A stretch of DNA of 64,000 nt from Oopsacas minuta (Eukaryota; Animalia; Porifera): positions 558,001 through 622,000 of the forward strand of contig JAKMXF010000299.1 of assembly GCA_024704765.1 (NCBI GenBank), in the 5' to 3' direction. The notes under the pieces were generated by a model. That model did no database searches. It worked only from the letters and a program-made list of their open reading frames with translations, and was not told where the DNA came from. Positions 37,233-48,400 of the stretch are shown here, in pieces. The position numbers and the translations under genes were made by a program. Numbering within the stretch: position 1 is the stretch's first letter; every line of letters starts with the position of its first letter.

Positions 37233-39923
37233 ATCTAGCATTAATGTAAAATCTCTATGCTTTGTTTAATACTTCTTTAATGAAGAATTACGTATAAAAC
37301 GTATTGAATAATAACATATTATACGTTCAGTCTACAATTTTTGGTGACGTAATTTCTATTAGGCTAATTTCTGCAATTAATATTTTGCATCAAAACAGTA
37401 GTTCTCGAATGGTTTAAGGAGAAATCTCAGATAGTTGACCAAACTATATAATACTTAATAATAACATATTTTAAACAAATCTAACACAATGTTATATCTC
37501 CTATTTCGAAGTTAACCTAGACTTGACGTATAACGCGATAATTATACGCGTATTATATAACTTAAATGAAAGAACGAAATCGTTGATATTTTGTACAAGT
37601 TCGAATTATTGAATGGAATATATATTATAATACCATTCAGGGGAAATTCGAGTTTTGTTCGAATTTGTGAAAGTTCGAATTAACGGTGATCGACTATATT
37701 AATATCTGACAACACAGCCTATATCTACAAATTATTCCAGGCCGAAATGACATCATCTGATTGCATACTTATCAGTCATAGTCAACATACGATAACTCGA
37801 ACCTCAGGGGAAATTAAACAAACAAGAGGTAGCTAAGCATCCGGGCAACACTCAAGAGCGCCGGGCTTGCTCAAATTCAAAGTGAATCTCTTTACTACAA
37901 TCCAAAGAGTGGACTATAATGCTGCACGAAATTAAAGGGGTTGGAGAAACATAGCGACCCTCTTGTTATCAAAATCCAGTCCATATGAATTATACAAGAT
38001 AGGGGCTAAAGTAATTCTTAGGCCACGCAAGTAATATGGGACCAAGACATACATCTAATACATTGAATCAAATCAATTCATCTTCATGTATGCATAATCT
38101 AACGCATAATCCCACAATACCTTTTTGTTCAGTTCCACCACATATAGAACAATAGCCACAATAACTGTGACAGGATTGTGGTTGTGTGGTTTAATGGTGT
38201 TAGTGGGCTGTAAAGATACGACTTGTCACTTATTCTTCAAACTCTTCATAATCGGGTAAGCTAGGTGCAGTGGAATAGCGTTCGAACTCCGAAGGAATAG
38301 TCAATCCGTGTTTCGTAATTAGATTAGATGTTCTCTTGCTACGCAGTAGAAACCCTTCATTTGTTTGGAAATAATTCTCCCACTTTCGATGGTATGCCTC
38401 TAGTCCATTTGTTAAATTTGTCTCATATATCAGGGTTTTGAGAACTCTAAGTGCATAGAAAACTTTTGTATATCATTGAAACTATAATTGTATTTAATCA
38501 CTGCAAGTGGACCTTTGGGTTCCATCACGATGCATATGTATTGTTGGAATGTGAATTGATTCGTGTCATGATTGGATATTTACTCTTCCTTTACATTTAA
38601 AACCCAAAGTCTTTGGAAACTTCGTTGATGACACGCCATTGTCTTGTGTAATTATGAAATTGGATGGGTTGGTACACTCTCCATCTTATGCATGTATTTT
38701 TGGAATCGACACCATGTTTGGACATCCTTAGGGCATTGCTATATGTATTTCATCAGTATTATCATCGTTGGTAACTATCTACATGGGGAGGCACGTTATC
38801 ACATGAATGTTTCCAATATTGTGTTTGATTACTAGCGTAGTGCTCCTATTAATAAATACATTTAGCATGTTGTGGGTACATTTTGTAATTTTAATATATT
38901 ACTTATACTGAGGCTTAAACGCTCCGTAATCAAGGGGAACATTTGCACCAAAATCATTTTACTTTGGCATAAATGGTCCACATACGATTTTAAGCGAAGT
39001 CATCAATATTTTAGTACCTTCGACAGCTCATCAATTCTGATGATTATTCTTTATACCAAAATCGTCCAAAATGTTGGTAGCCAAATATTAGATTATCCGC
39101 TTGTATCTGTTGATAATTATACTTATTCTTATCAAAACAAGCCAAAACCGTGCAGATTTCTTCTGTGACCATAGATGGTAATTTGTATACTTTGGTATAA
39201 TTAAAAACAAATAGAAAGCGGTAAATCGCATATACAAATTTTGAGGATCAAATAAAGTCAAAAATTTGATGAATTCCTTGAAGGTAATCAATATTAACAA
39301 CATCTACAGTAGTCAACTAGTTATGTAGTCTCTCGTATCTATGTAAACTTAAATCAGATACCATAGTAAATATCAGTAAGAATGAAGAATATTGCCAAAA
39401 CGACACAAGGGTAATTGTCTCATATTAGAAACGAGTTGCTTCGCTTGCTCGCGTTGCGCGGCTTGCGAACACTTTGTGTTCGCATGAGACTCCGCACTTC
39501 GTGCCTCAAATTTTACCAAAGTATAAAATTGCAATATTGAATTAATAAATATATACTTCAACAATTTGTTTACTTTATATTCATAAAAACAACAATAAGT
39601 TTCCATATGACAAACTTGAAAATGGGAAATTCGGAATCAGCATACCCGATTACCTCAATGTAATTGTGTACTTTACCTATATCGTCAACAGAAAGATGTG
39701 TTATTCCCTATACTATATCTGAAAATCAACTTCCCCTATCACTATAATACAAAGTGAACAAACAAACAAACACACCCACCCAATAATTGAGATATAATAC
39801 TATAGATTTAAACATCAAATGTTCATTTCTTCAAAGGTAAACATTGATATTCGATGTAAAACAAAATAAAAAATAAAAAATAAAAATTGTGTTCAAAACA
39901 ACAATTAGATAATATATAAATAT

Positions 39924-42796
39924 CTACGTCAGTTTCTGAATGTATTTGAGAGTTGGATCCCAATTATCAGATTTCCCTCTTGAATTGTATTCCTTTTCAT
40001 AATCTAGTGCTGCTCTACCATTTTCAGACAAGAAATTTTCAACAGCCCTTCCTGTAAAATACTGCTCCAATTCTCTCTTCTCATCCATTGTTATATACCT
40101 TGGTTGAATGTCTACTCTTTCTTTGGTCCAAGAAAATGCCCATAAGATTGTGGTTGTGTGTTTCAAAACTTCTCTTACAGGTGCAATTTGAAAATTCACA
40201 CGATTTCCAGCAAAAGCAAAATTTATTTTTCCATTTTTGTGTTCCAAATGGACTCGGAAATACTCAGCATCTCCAGAAGAACGGTCCAAGTTGAAATAGT
40301 TGGTGGGAGCAAGATTACTATGATCTTGAAACTTTGCGAGTTTTAGCAACGCTATCACATCAGGGGTGAGTTTGTATATTATTCGCAGCTGCTCAACATA
40401 ACTATCCCATTCATTTACCTCCACGCCGTATCCAACTGCAGAATATCTGTTCTCTTGGATCCGAGTCAGCTCAAGGTTGGGTCGCTTTGTAATTGGTCCT
40501 AAAATAATCAATACTAATAAAACGCAATAAATCTGTAAGTATATATCTATAATAATAAATCTCAATTGTTGTTTGTTTGTCCGTAGTCAAGGAAAGGATT
40601 TACGCTATGCAATTTTGAAATTGTCGCATAATTATGTATTTATTCTGTTTATCAAGGAAGTAAATAGAATTCAATAAAACTTCACTAAATATATCGAACA
40701 TGTGAATCCGATTTTCACACTTTTGGATTAATCATATATAAATGTATTGTTGTTTTTATGAATATAAAGTAAACAAATTTCAAAAACCGAGGTAGAATCA
40801 TACTTTTCGTGACTATGCTGGTATACTTGAGTATGCTGAGTCTGAATATTGTAAATAACATCAATATTATTAAATCTCAATTGTTGTTTGCCTGTTGTTT
40901 GTCCGTTGAATACCTCGAGCCGCAATGCGACGAACCAAAGGCTCATATATATATGTTTGTATGTCCAGGATTGATTGAAGAAACTGGAAGACCCCAGGCT
41001 GATTTTGTATACAAAGGTATTTTGGGCCTGGCTCGGACAAGCTCGAGCCTTGGGCAAAAATTCATTCCGATGACAAAATTATGACGTCCTTGTCACCTTA
41101 TTGGATTTTCGAAAAATCACATTATTAACCACTGCTCAGCCAATAATATGAATTCCGGGTATTATAAGACGTACAAATATAATCGAGCCCTGCCCTGATG
41201 TACGTAATACGAAAGTCTACTGCATGTACTCATGTGTGATAAAATGATAACAGGCTGTGGTACATTAATAAATTTCTGGGTTACCCTGTTCCCATGTCAA
41301 TAATTATGCAACAGTGTAGCATATTTTATAGACAGATCTTAGCAACGGATGAAGTATATGCGTACTTAAAGCTAAATTAAATTTTAAAAAGGATTTGACT
41401 CAAACATTAAATCAAATCAAATCAAATCAAATCAAATCAAATCAAATCAAATCAAATTCCATTTAAAATGCATCAAATCCATCCAAATTAAATCCAACTC
41501 AAAACAAATCCACAACTCTGACACAAAGTGCCGAGATTACTAACCAAAAGCGACATAGCATCTTAGGTATCACCACAGAAGGCCATTGAATTGAATTTGG
41601 ATGGACCATGGATAATAAAATCTTAAAATTTTAACTATTCTGTGAATTCAAGGCGCATAGTGCCGAGTATATTCTGTCGCGTAACGACCAATAAAACTAT
41701 ATAGTTTAGTTGTTTAGTAATTTAGCTAACCAGGAGACTTAAGCTGTAGTGCAGCGACCTAGCAAGCGAAGTGGGCCAGTATACATATTTATAGACAATG
41801 TGTGATAAAGCCTGGGAGACCAGGCTCTCACAAATCAGTGTTTAATCCAATTTCTTAGGGCCAAAATATATATACGAGCCCACCGCTTGTATATCCCTTG
41901 CGCACACTTTGTGTTTGCATGGGACTCATTCGTGCTTCAAATTTAGCAGAGTAAAAAATTGGAATATTGAATTAATAAATTAATATTTCAACTATTTGTT
42001 TACATTATATACATAAACAACAATAAATTACAAAAGAGGAACTTGAAAATGCGAACTTCGGGATTCAGCGTACTTGATTCTCCATATATTTCAGTGGGGC
42101 CGGCCGACTGAGCTGTAGCAACTCATTTTGAGATGGAAAAATCAACTAGTTGTATTGAATCAGTTGGTTGTAGTTAAATGAATCAATTAGTCATTGACTG
42201 AATGGGTTCGAATGAGTTAATAACACAAATCAGGCCTGGAGCATGGCTTTTAAATGGCAAGTAGGTAGTTATTTACCACAAGAATGGGAAGCATCCAGGG
42301 AAATGATGTACCAGTTTATTTTGCTTTAGCAGTACTTGCAAAAACTCAGTGAAAATGTGTTAAATCTCATTATGTCCAGTTTGAATCTTGAATTTACATT
42401 GGGTTGATAACAGGAATGCTCCACGGACCTCTGTATGCCTAGAACTATACATATTCGACCCAGGAGCATAGTCACTCGACTTTATAATACCTCATTAATT
42501 AGCCAAATTCATAAGCTTCGGCAATCGAGAAGGCTCAATTGAATTAGATAGAATATATGCTAATATACAGTAACACTTATACCTTCATAATGAGCTAAGT
42601 CTGTACTTTCAGAAGAATCCGATTGTCCAACAAACCTCCTCACTAGATTTGTCTTTTCATAAGGTGTGGGTGTGGATAACCAAAAATAAAAAGATAATCC
42701 ATAATACAGCAAGATCAAAAGTAAAACACACTCAAATATGAATTTTATCAGCTGTATCAGAGCTAATATGTATTTCCGTAAATGAGAGAATAGCAT
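39924..42796 (-). CDS. Uncharacterised two-exon type II membrane protein (262 aa), intact copy L
   Basis: Exon 1 (42796-42583) encodes a short N-terminus, the TM segment FIFECVLLLILLYYGLSFYFWL and a stalk, and ends at GAAG|GTATAA (phase 1). Exon 2 (40498-39924) starts after TTATTTTAG|GA (phase 1) and encodes a ~190-aa globular domain. The same exon pair and phases recur in the inverted copy. Confidence 0.75.
41409..41453. repeat. (AAATC)9 microsatellite
   Basis: Nine perfect tandem units, seen directly. Confidence 0.95.
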
Positions 42797-42894
42797 TGTT
42801 TCTTCTAAAGAGATATATGCTAATTATAAAATAATAACTATAGGTCAGTCATCTTCATCTATGTTCCATAACCCAAAAAAGATTCATTAAACAA

Positions 42895-43353
42895 TACGAG
42901 CCTTTGGCTCGTCGCTCCGCGATGAATTCGGTGCATTGCGCCTCGAGGTATACATTATTCTCCAAAGTGACAGCCCCTTTAAGTATTATAATATATATAT
43001 ATTTAGAACAATGTAATTCACAAATATACGTGTGACATATATATTATTGACTAATTTTGTGAGATCAACCCCCTTTGAAGCGGTGAGAGCAAATAGCTAC
43101 ATAAATTTGAAGATTTTGCTAATTTGTTTCCTTTATAGTCATAAAAACAACAATAAATTTACATATGATTAATCCAAAAGTGTGAAATCGGATTCAACAT
43201 GTTCGATATATTTTGTAAAGTTTATTGAATTCAATTTACTTCCTTGATAAACACGATAATTAGATAGTTATGAGACAATTTCAAAATTGCATACCGTAAA
43301 TCATTTCCTTGACAACGAACAAACAAACAACAATGTGATTTAATAATATAGAT
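42895..43353 (+). mobile_element. Non-autonomous Helitron/Helentron-like element (family A). Partial or rearranged copies at ~32927-33126, 40550-40945 (-), 43580-43790 (-), 45955-46475, 51320 (-), 52580-52790 (-), 54790-55265, 57025-57205
   Basis: 5' hairpin acgagcc-ttt-ggctcgt; conserved core tttgtttactttat..ataaaaacaacaataaatttacatatgattaatccaaaa...taccgtaaatc.tttccttgac; 3' (CAAA/CAGA)n microsatellite then ttgagattt..ataatatagat. This architecture resembles Lep1/HINE-type elements; the class assignment is an inference. Confidence 0.55.
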
Positions 43354-44221
43354 TTTTGACCCAGTACCCCTGAGGGTCCGCAAACAACATATTGCCGCCA
43401 ATTGTTTAAATATTTGTATAGAATCTATAGAGTGGAACTCGGTTAAATCTGCTAACTTTATATTGCCGCAAAGTGAACAAAGATTTATTAAATGTTGTCT
43501 ACAATGCCATAATTAGGCTCAGCATATTCGATTACCGCAGTATAGTTGCTGAAAGTATGAATCTACTACGAATTTGAAATTTGCTCACTTTATGTCTCCT
43601 AAAAGTAAACAAATATTCACAATATGTTGTTTATCATATACGGAATCAACATACTCGATTACCACAGTACAATGTTGTTTTGTTGTTGTTATGTTATCTA
43701 ATATTTGGTTCTGGACTTTATGAACTGAACATATTATATGTTTTCTATTTGGAACCGTGACAGATACACACAAATTGAGATTTAACAATATAGATGCGTC
43801 TTAAAGATTATGGCAGTATCATGCTGCTATGGTTAAGATTATGAGGTTATGTACTCGAGGGGCCGTAGGCCCGAGTGCGGACACAGAGTGTTTGCAACCC
43901 AGAGATTGTGTTTCTTGTATCATAATTATCCTTAAAGATTAATCTAGAATAAAGTTGACAGATAATTAATTGACTTAAATATGTGAATAGAATACTATAT
44001 ATATATATATACATACATATATACACTGTTATGGTTAATATTTTGATGCTGTGGCGTAGTGAAGTTGTGATTTTGACCCGCTTCCCTCCTCTGTAACGTT
44101 TTTTCGCAGTTTTGTAATACAAAAAAGGGGCTGCCACGTTTGAACGACCCCCTTTGTAAGTCAAAAATTTGACCGCATTCCTTAACCTTTTTGCAATACT
44201 AGTAATAGTGCTTTAACAATG

Positions 44222-44392
44222 CTATCCCTGCTATCCCTGCTATCCCTGCTATCCCTGCTATCCCTGCTATCCCTGTTATCCCTGCTATCCCTGTTATCCC
44301 TGCTATCCCTGCTATCCCTGTTATCCCTGCTATCCCTGCTATCCCTGCTATCCCTGCTATCCCTGCTATCCCTGCTATCCCTGCTATCCCTG
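44222..44392. repeat. 9-bp minisatellite (CTATCCCTG)19, G-quadruplex-compatible on the minus strand
   Basis: 19 units, three of them the TTATCCCTG variant. The minus strand reads GGG-N6 repeated. Confidence 0.95.
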
Positions 44393-44627
44393 GCCATCTA
44401 GGTAAGTTTACATAATCTTACGAAGACTATATATTTAGTAGACTATCATATTGTTTATTAATTTCTATATTCCTACGAACACTAGGTCGTGGTTCCTCAC
44501 CTTTTTTACACCCGCTGACACCTGTCATTATCCATAATGACTCTTTTTTGGTGTCACGGAGCATAGATGAAGATGACTGACCTATACTTTTTATTTATAA
44601 TTAGCATATATCTCTTTTGAAGAAACA

Positions 44628-44832
44628 ATGCTACTTTCTGATTTACAGAAATACATATTGGCTCTGATAAAATTCCTTTTTGCGTGTGTTTTACTTTTGA
44701 TCTTGCTGTATTATGGATTATCTTATTTATTTTGTTTATCCACAACCACAGCTTACGAAAAGATAAATCTATTGAGGAGGTTAATTGGACAATCAGATTT
44801 TTCTGAAAGTACAGACTTAGCTCATCGTGAAG
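44628..44832 (+). pseudogene. Orphan exon 1 (TM anchor) of the type II membrane protein family, copy M
   Basis: 68-codon paralog of 42796-42583 with an intact ATG and a GAAG|GTATGT donor. Homology covers 44562-45130 (upstream 65 bp, exon and start of intron), then stops. No exon 2 copy occurs before 51722. Confidence 0.7.
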
Positions 44833-46650
44833 GTATGTGTGTATAAGCCAAATTTCCTATCTAATTCAATTGAGCCTTTTCGATTTCCGAAGGCTTATGA
44901 ATTAGCTAATTAATGGGGTGTGATGAGTTTTAATACAGTTTCACTGAGTTTTTGCAAGTACTGCTGAAGCAAAATATACTGGTACATCATTTCTCTAGAT
45001 TCTTCTCATTCTTATTTCAAATATCTACCTACTTGCCATTAAAAAGCCATGCGTCCGGCCTTGATTTGTGTTGTTAACTCATTCAACTCATTCAATAACC
45101 TTAGGTAATTTTGCCAACTCAAAACGAGTTGATACAGCCCGGGGGAGCCAGGGAGGTCTGACCCCAGTAGGCCTCCAAAAATTATTGAATAGATTGACTC
45201 TACCAAGGGATAGTGGAAAACTGGATAGATTTCAGAGACTTTGCCCTCCTAAAATTCCACCAGGCCCCCTCAAAAATCCTGTTGCTGCTAAGCCCATGGG
45301 CCTCACCCTCAAATTCCTGTCGCATAACAGGCCCCGCGGCATTGCCACAGGTAAACATTTTTGGCAATACCTTATGCTCATACTATTACAATACAGCATT
45401 ACATTGTACAGTGTACTATAATATGTTTATCGTTAAAATCGTCAAAATGAATCGAGTGATTGAATTAACTAAAACAAAATAGTAAGAACTATTATGGACA
45501 AATATATTTTAGTATTTCATTAAGAAGTAAGTGATTATATACAATCTCGTATTTACCTCATTTGCTTTTGCCAATAAACTTTGAAGCTATTTTTGCTATC
45601 ATGCAGAGTAACCTTTAATAGCTGCACCAGACACATCGCTTCATTCAAATCAATGTCTTGAGCCTGTAATAGTTTTGTTCAAGATATAAGTATACCCTGG
45701 GATGCTATTTAAAGATTCATTAATGAATTTGAATTCTAAGTTCCATCACGATATGAGCGTTCTAGCCCTTGCGATACGTTGTCTAATACCATCAGCAGTT
45801 AGGTTGATCAATGTTTCCCATAGCTTAGTCAATATAAGGCCTAACAGTAATAGTACCAGGGATGCAGTATTAGCTAAGAGCATCTATATACATGGTTCTT
45901 TAGTGTAGAAAAGGTGCATTTTTGCCTAAATAAATGTATTGCATATTTGTAGAACACGAGCCTTTGGCTCGTTGCTTCGCATTGCGCCTCGAGGTATTCG
46001 ACGGCCAAACAAACAGACAAACAACAACTGAGATTCAATAATATTGATGTTGTTTACGATATTCAGACTCAGCATAGTCGTTGAAACTATGATACTACCT
46101 CGGTTTTGAAATTTGTTTACTTTATGTACCTAAAAGTAAACAAATATTCACAATATGTTGTTTACAATATCATATTCAGACTCATCATACTCGATTACCC
46201 CAGGATAGTCGTTGAAAGTATGATTCTACCTCAACTTCGAAATTTGTTTACTTTATATTTATGAAAACAACAATAAATTTACATATGATTAATCCAAAAT
46301 TGTCAAAATCGGATTCAGCATGTTCGATATATTTAGTGAAGTTTTATTGAATTCTATTTACTTCCTTGATAAACACAATAAATACATAGTTATGAGACAA
46401 TTTCAAAATTGGATACCGTAAATCCTTTCCTTGACAACGGACAAACAAACAATAATTGAGATTTAATATTATACATTTTACATTTTACACCAATAAATGC
46501 TAAAACTTTTCAGGATGCGTCAAAATATTTGTCTCGTAAGCATCTATTTAGCAAAATATGTCATTCTTCGATGCCTCGTAGAACCTTCAATATTGCATTT
46601 ATCAACTCAAAGTGAATAAATGAAATGATCTATAGATGGTTTTATACAAA

Positions 46651-47082
46651 ATGTCAAAGATTTGTCATTCAAAAGTTGGCTCGTTGTTGATTTACGGTAG
46701 AAACCATGGATGACGAAGTTTTATGAATATTCAATTATAACTCGAGAATCATTAAAATTATGGTAAAATCAGACTAGTCAATTTATACTATTTACCCTGT
46801 GTAATACATTTTGATACGATATATCGCACCAATGTGACGATGCCCATATACGCTCATTTTCAAGATTCCGCAATACTCTTCAATTATTTCATACCAAATG
46901 TATCACAAGGGTAAGGGAATTCGGTAGGGGAAAATCGGTTTATTAGTATAAATTGGCTATTCTGATTTTAACATAATTTTACGATTCTTCAGTTATAATT
47001 GAATATTCATAAAAATTCTTCATCCATGGCCTCTACCGTAACTCAACAACGAGCCAACCTTTGAATGACTAATTCTTGACAT
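46651..47082. mobile_element. MITE with ~95-bp TIRs
   Basis: atgtcaaagatttgtcattcaaaagttggctcgttgttga...gaatattcaattataact (46651-46742) is inverted at 46984-47082. Confidence 0.75.
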
Positions 47083-47799
47083 AAATATAAAACACAAACT
47101 GTTTATGAATGTATGTCCTCACATCTCCGAGATTACTGAACCGATTTTGACAGAATTTTGCATGCCGCCTGGGAGTCACCCTGGCACCCTGACTAAAAAA
47201 TAATTAAGAAATGGATTATTTTATCAAACCATATGTTATTCTTCAACATCTCTACCCTGCAATTCACAGTGGGTATTCGCTTCCAGTAGGGGAAATTTCA
47301 TATTTAAATCTTGTCAATATATATATATTGAGAACGATTAGAGATATGTAGGTGTATCTAAATCTTCAATTGCATTTTATCTGAATCCACTTTCATGAGT
47401 GTTGTAGTATCTCAAAGTCTCACCAACTGGATTTATTTCTAATCTTTCTTTTACAACTCAAAACAAATTTCGGCGAAATTTAATTAATTTTCTATTATTT
47501 AAACTTTGTGATGATACAGCATAATTATGGGTTATATAAAATGAATAATGCGAACATATTTTGTTGTGAACAAGACTTTCTCGCAATTTCTCGCACTTTT
47601 CAGGATATTATCCGCATGACACAAAACTATTGTATAAATATTTGTTCAGCGAAGTTCAGCGAAATATTAATAATACCAACATTCCATTCTATACTTTTCG
47701 TTACTATGGTATGTCAGGCTAGATGTTACTATGTTGATGTAATGTCTAACTCAACTATTATTCACAAGTCCACTTTCATTCTCGAAGTCAGTTGACCCG

Positions 47800-48400
47800 A
47801 GTTCGTCAATTTGTGGATTCAAGAAATTCATTAGGGTAGTGAAACTTTAAAGGTTATCATTTTGAGATAGCAATGTGATTGGCTGGTTGGAGAATCTAAA
47901 ATTTGAGTATTGATTAGATCAGATAAATTTCCTTGACAATCTTTCAATTCAAGAGGAGAAACTATAAACAAGAGAAAATGTGAACGATCACCAGTTGTTT
48001 GAGATCTAAGATTAGTTCACTGTGACTTCCCGACCCATCTACACCATGTTTAACCATAAAGTTGAGCGGCTACATCAGGGGTTCTTCAATATATTGTATA
48101 GAGTGCGATGATACGTCTCAAGAGATTTACAAGGTGGTCAATGTAGTTAAATGTTACTCCAATTGGATTTGATACTGATTGGTAATATTGGAATGGAGGA
48201 ATTAGAGTTGTACGAAAATCACGAATTTTAGGCCAACTGGCTAACTTTTGACTGAAGTTTCAGTCTTGTAATATAGTCCTGACGTTTAAGAACTATTTGT
48301 TCAAGATTATTTCGGATAGATCGTGGTGCATCGTTTATCTAAGCCGAGTACACCTCAAATGGTGGTTCTTCACATCTTTTGAGAACGTTGGTAATTGTGA
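47800..48400 (-). mobile_element. Decayed Transib/RAG1-like DDE transposase fragment
   Basis: Frameshifted minus-strand peptides in the expected order: LKRQDYITRLKL / LASWPKIRDFRTTLIPP..NPIGVTFNYIDHLVNLLRRII / FMVKHGVDGSGSHSE / FLLFIVSPLELKD..SPTSQSHC. Compare, from memory, the Transib motifs KWGCDGSSGHSEY and SLVPL...PSSTRYCRP. Confidence 0.6.

Larger units (their letters stand above)
37670..42857 (-). repeat. Left arm of large imperfect inverted duplication (partner 50206-54707)
   Basis: Long collinear reverse-complement blocks: 37670-40500 vs 51720-54707, 41775-41850 vs 51420-51495, and 42450-42857 vs 50206-50650. Roughly 90% identical by eye, with indels. Confidence 0.93.

Noticed and set aside
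40499-40565. TTG start and apparent signal peptide of the 213-aa ORF
   Set aside because: The TTG lies in the terminus of a family A repeat and the hydrophobic stretch is the intron's pyrimidine tract. It is not conserved in copy R, whereas the phase-1 acceptor is.
44222-44392. CRISPR-like or telomeric array
   Set aside because: No spacers, and the unit is not TTAGGG; it is a simple tandem repeat in eukaryotic DNA.
44219-44401. (Leu-Leu-Ser)n ORF
   Set aside because: Artefact of the 9-bp minisatellite.
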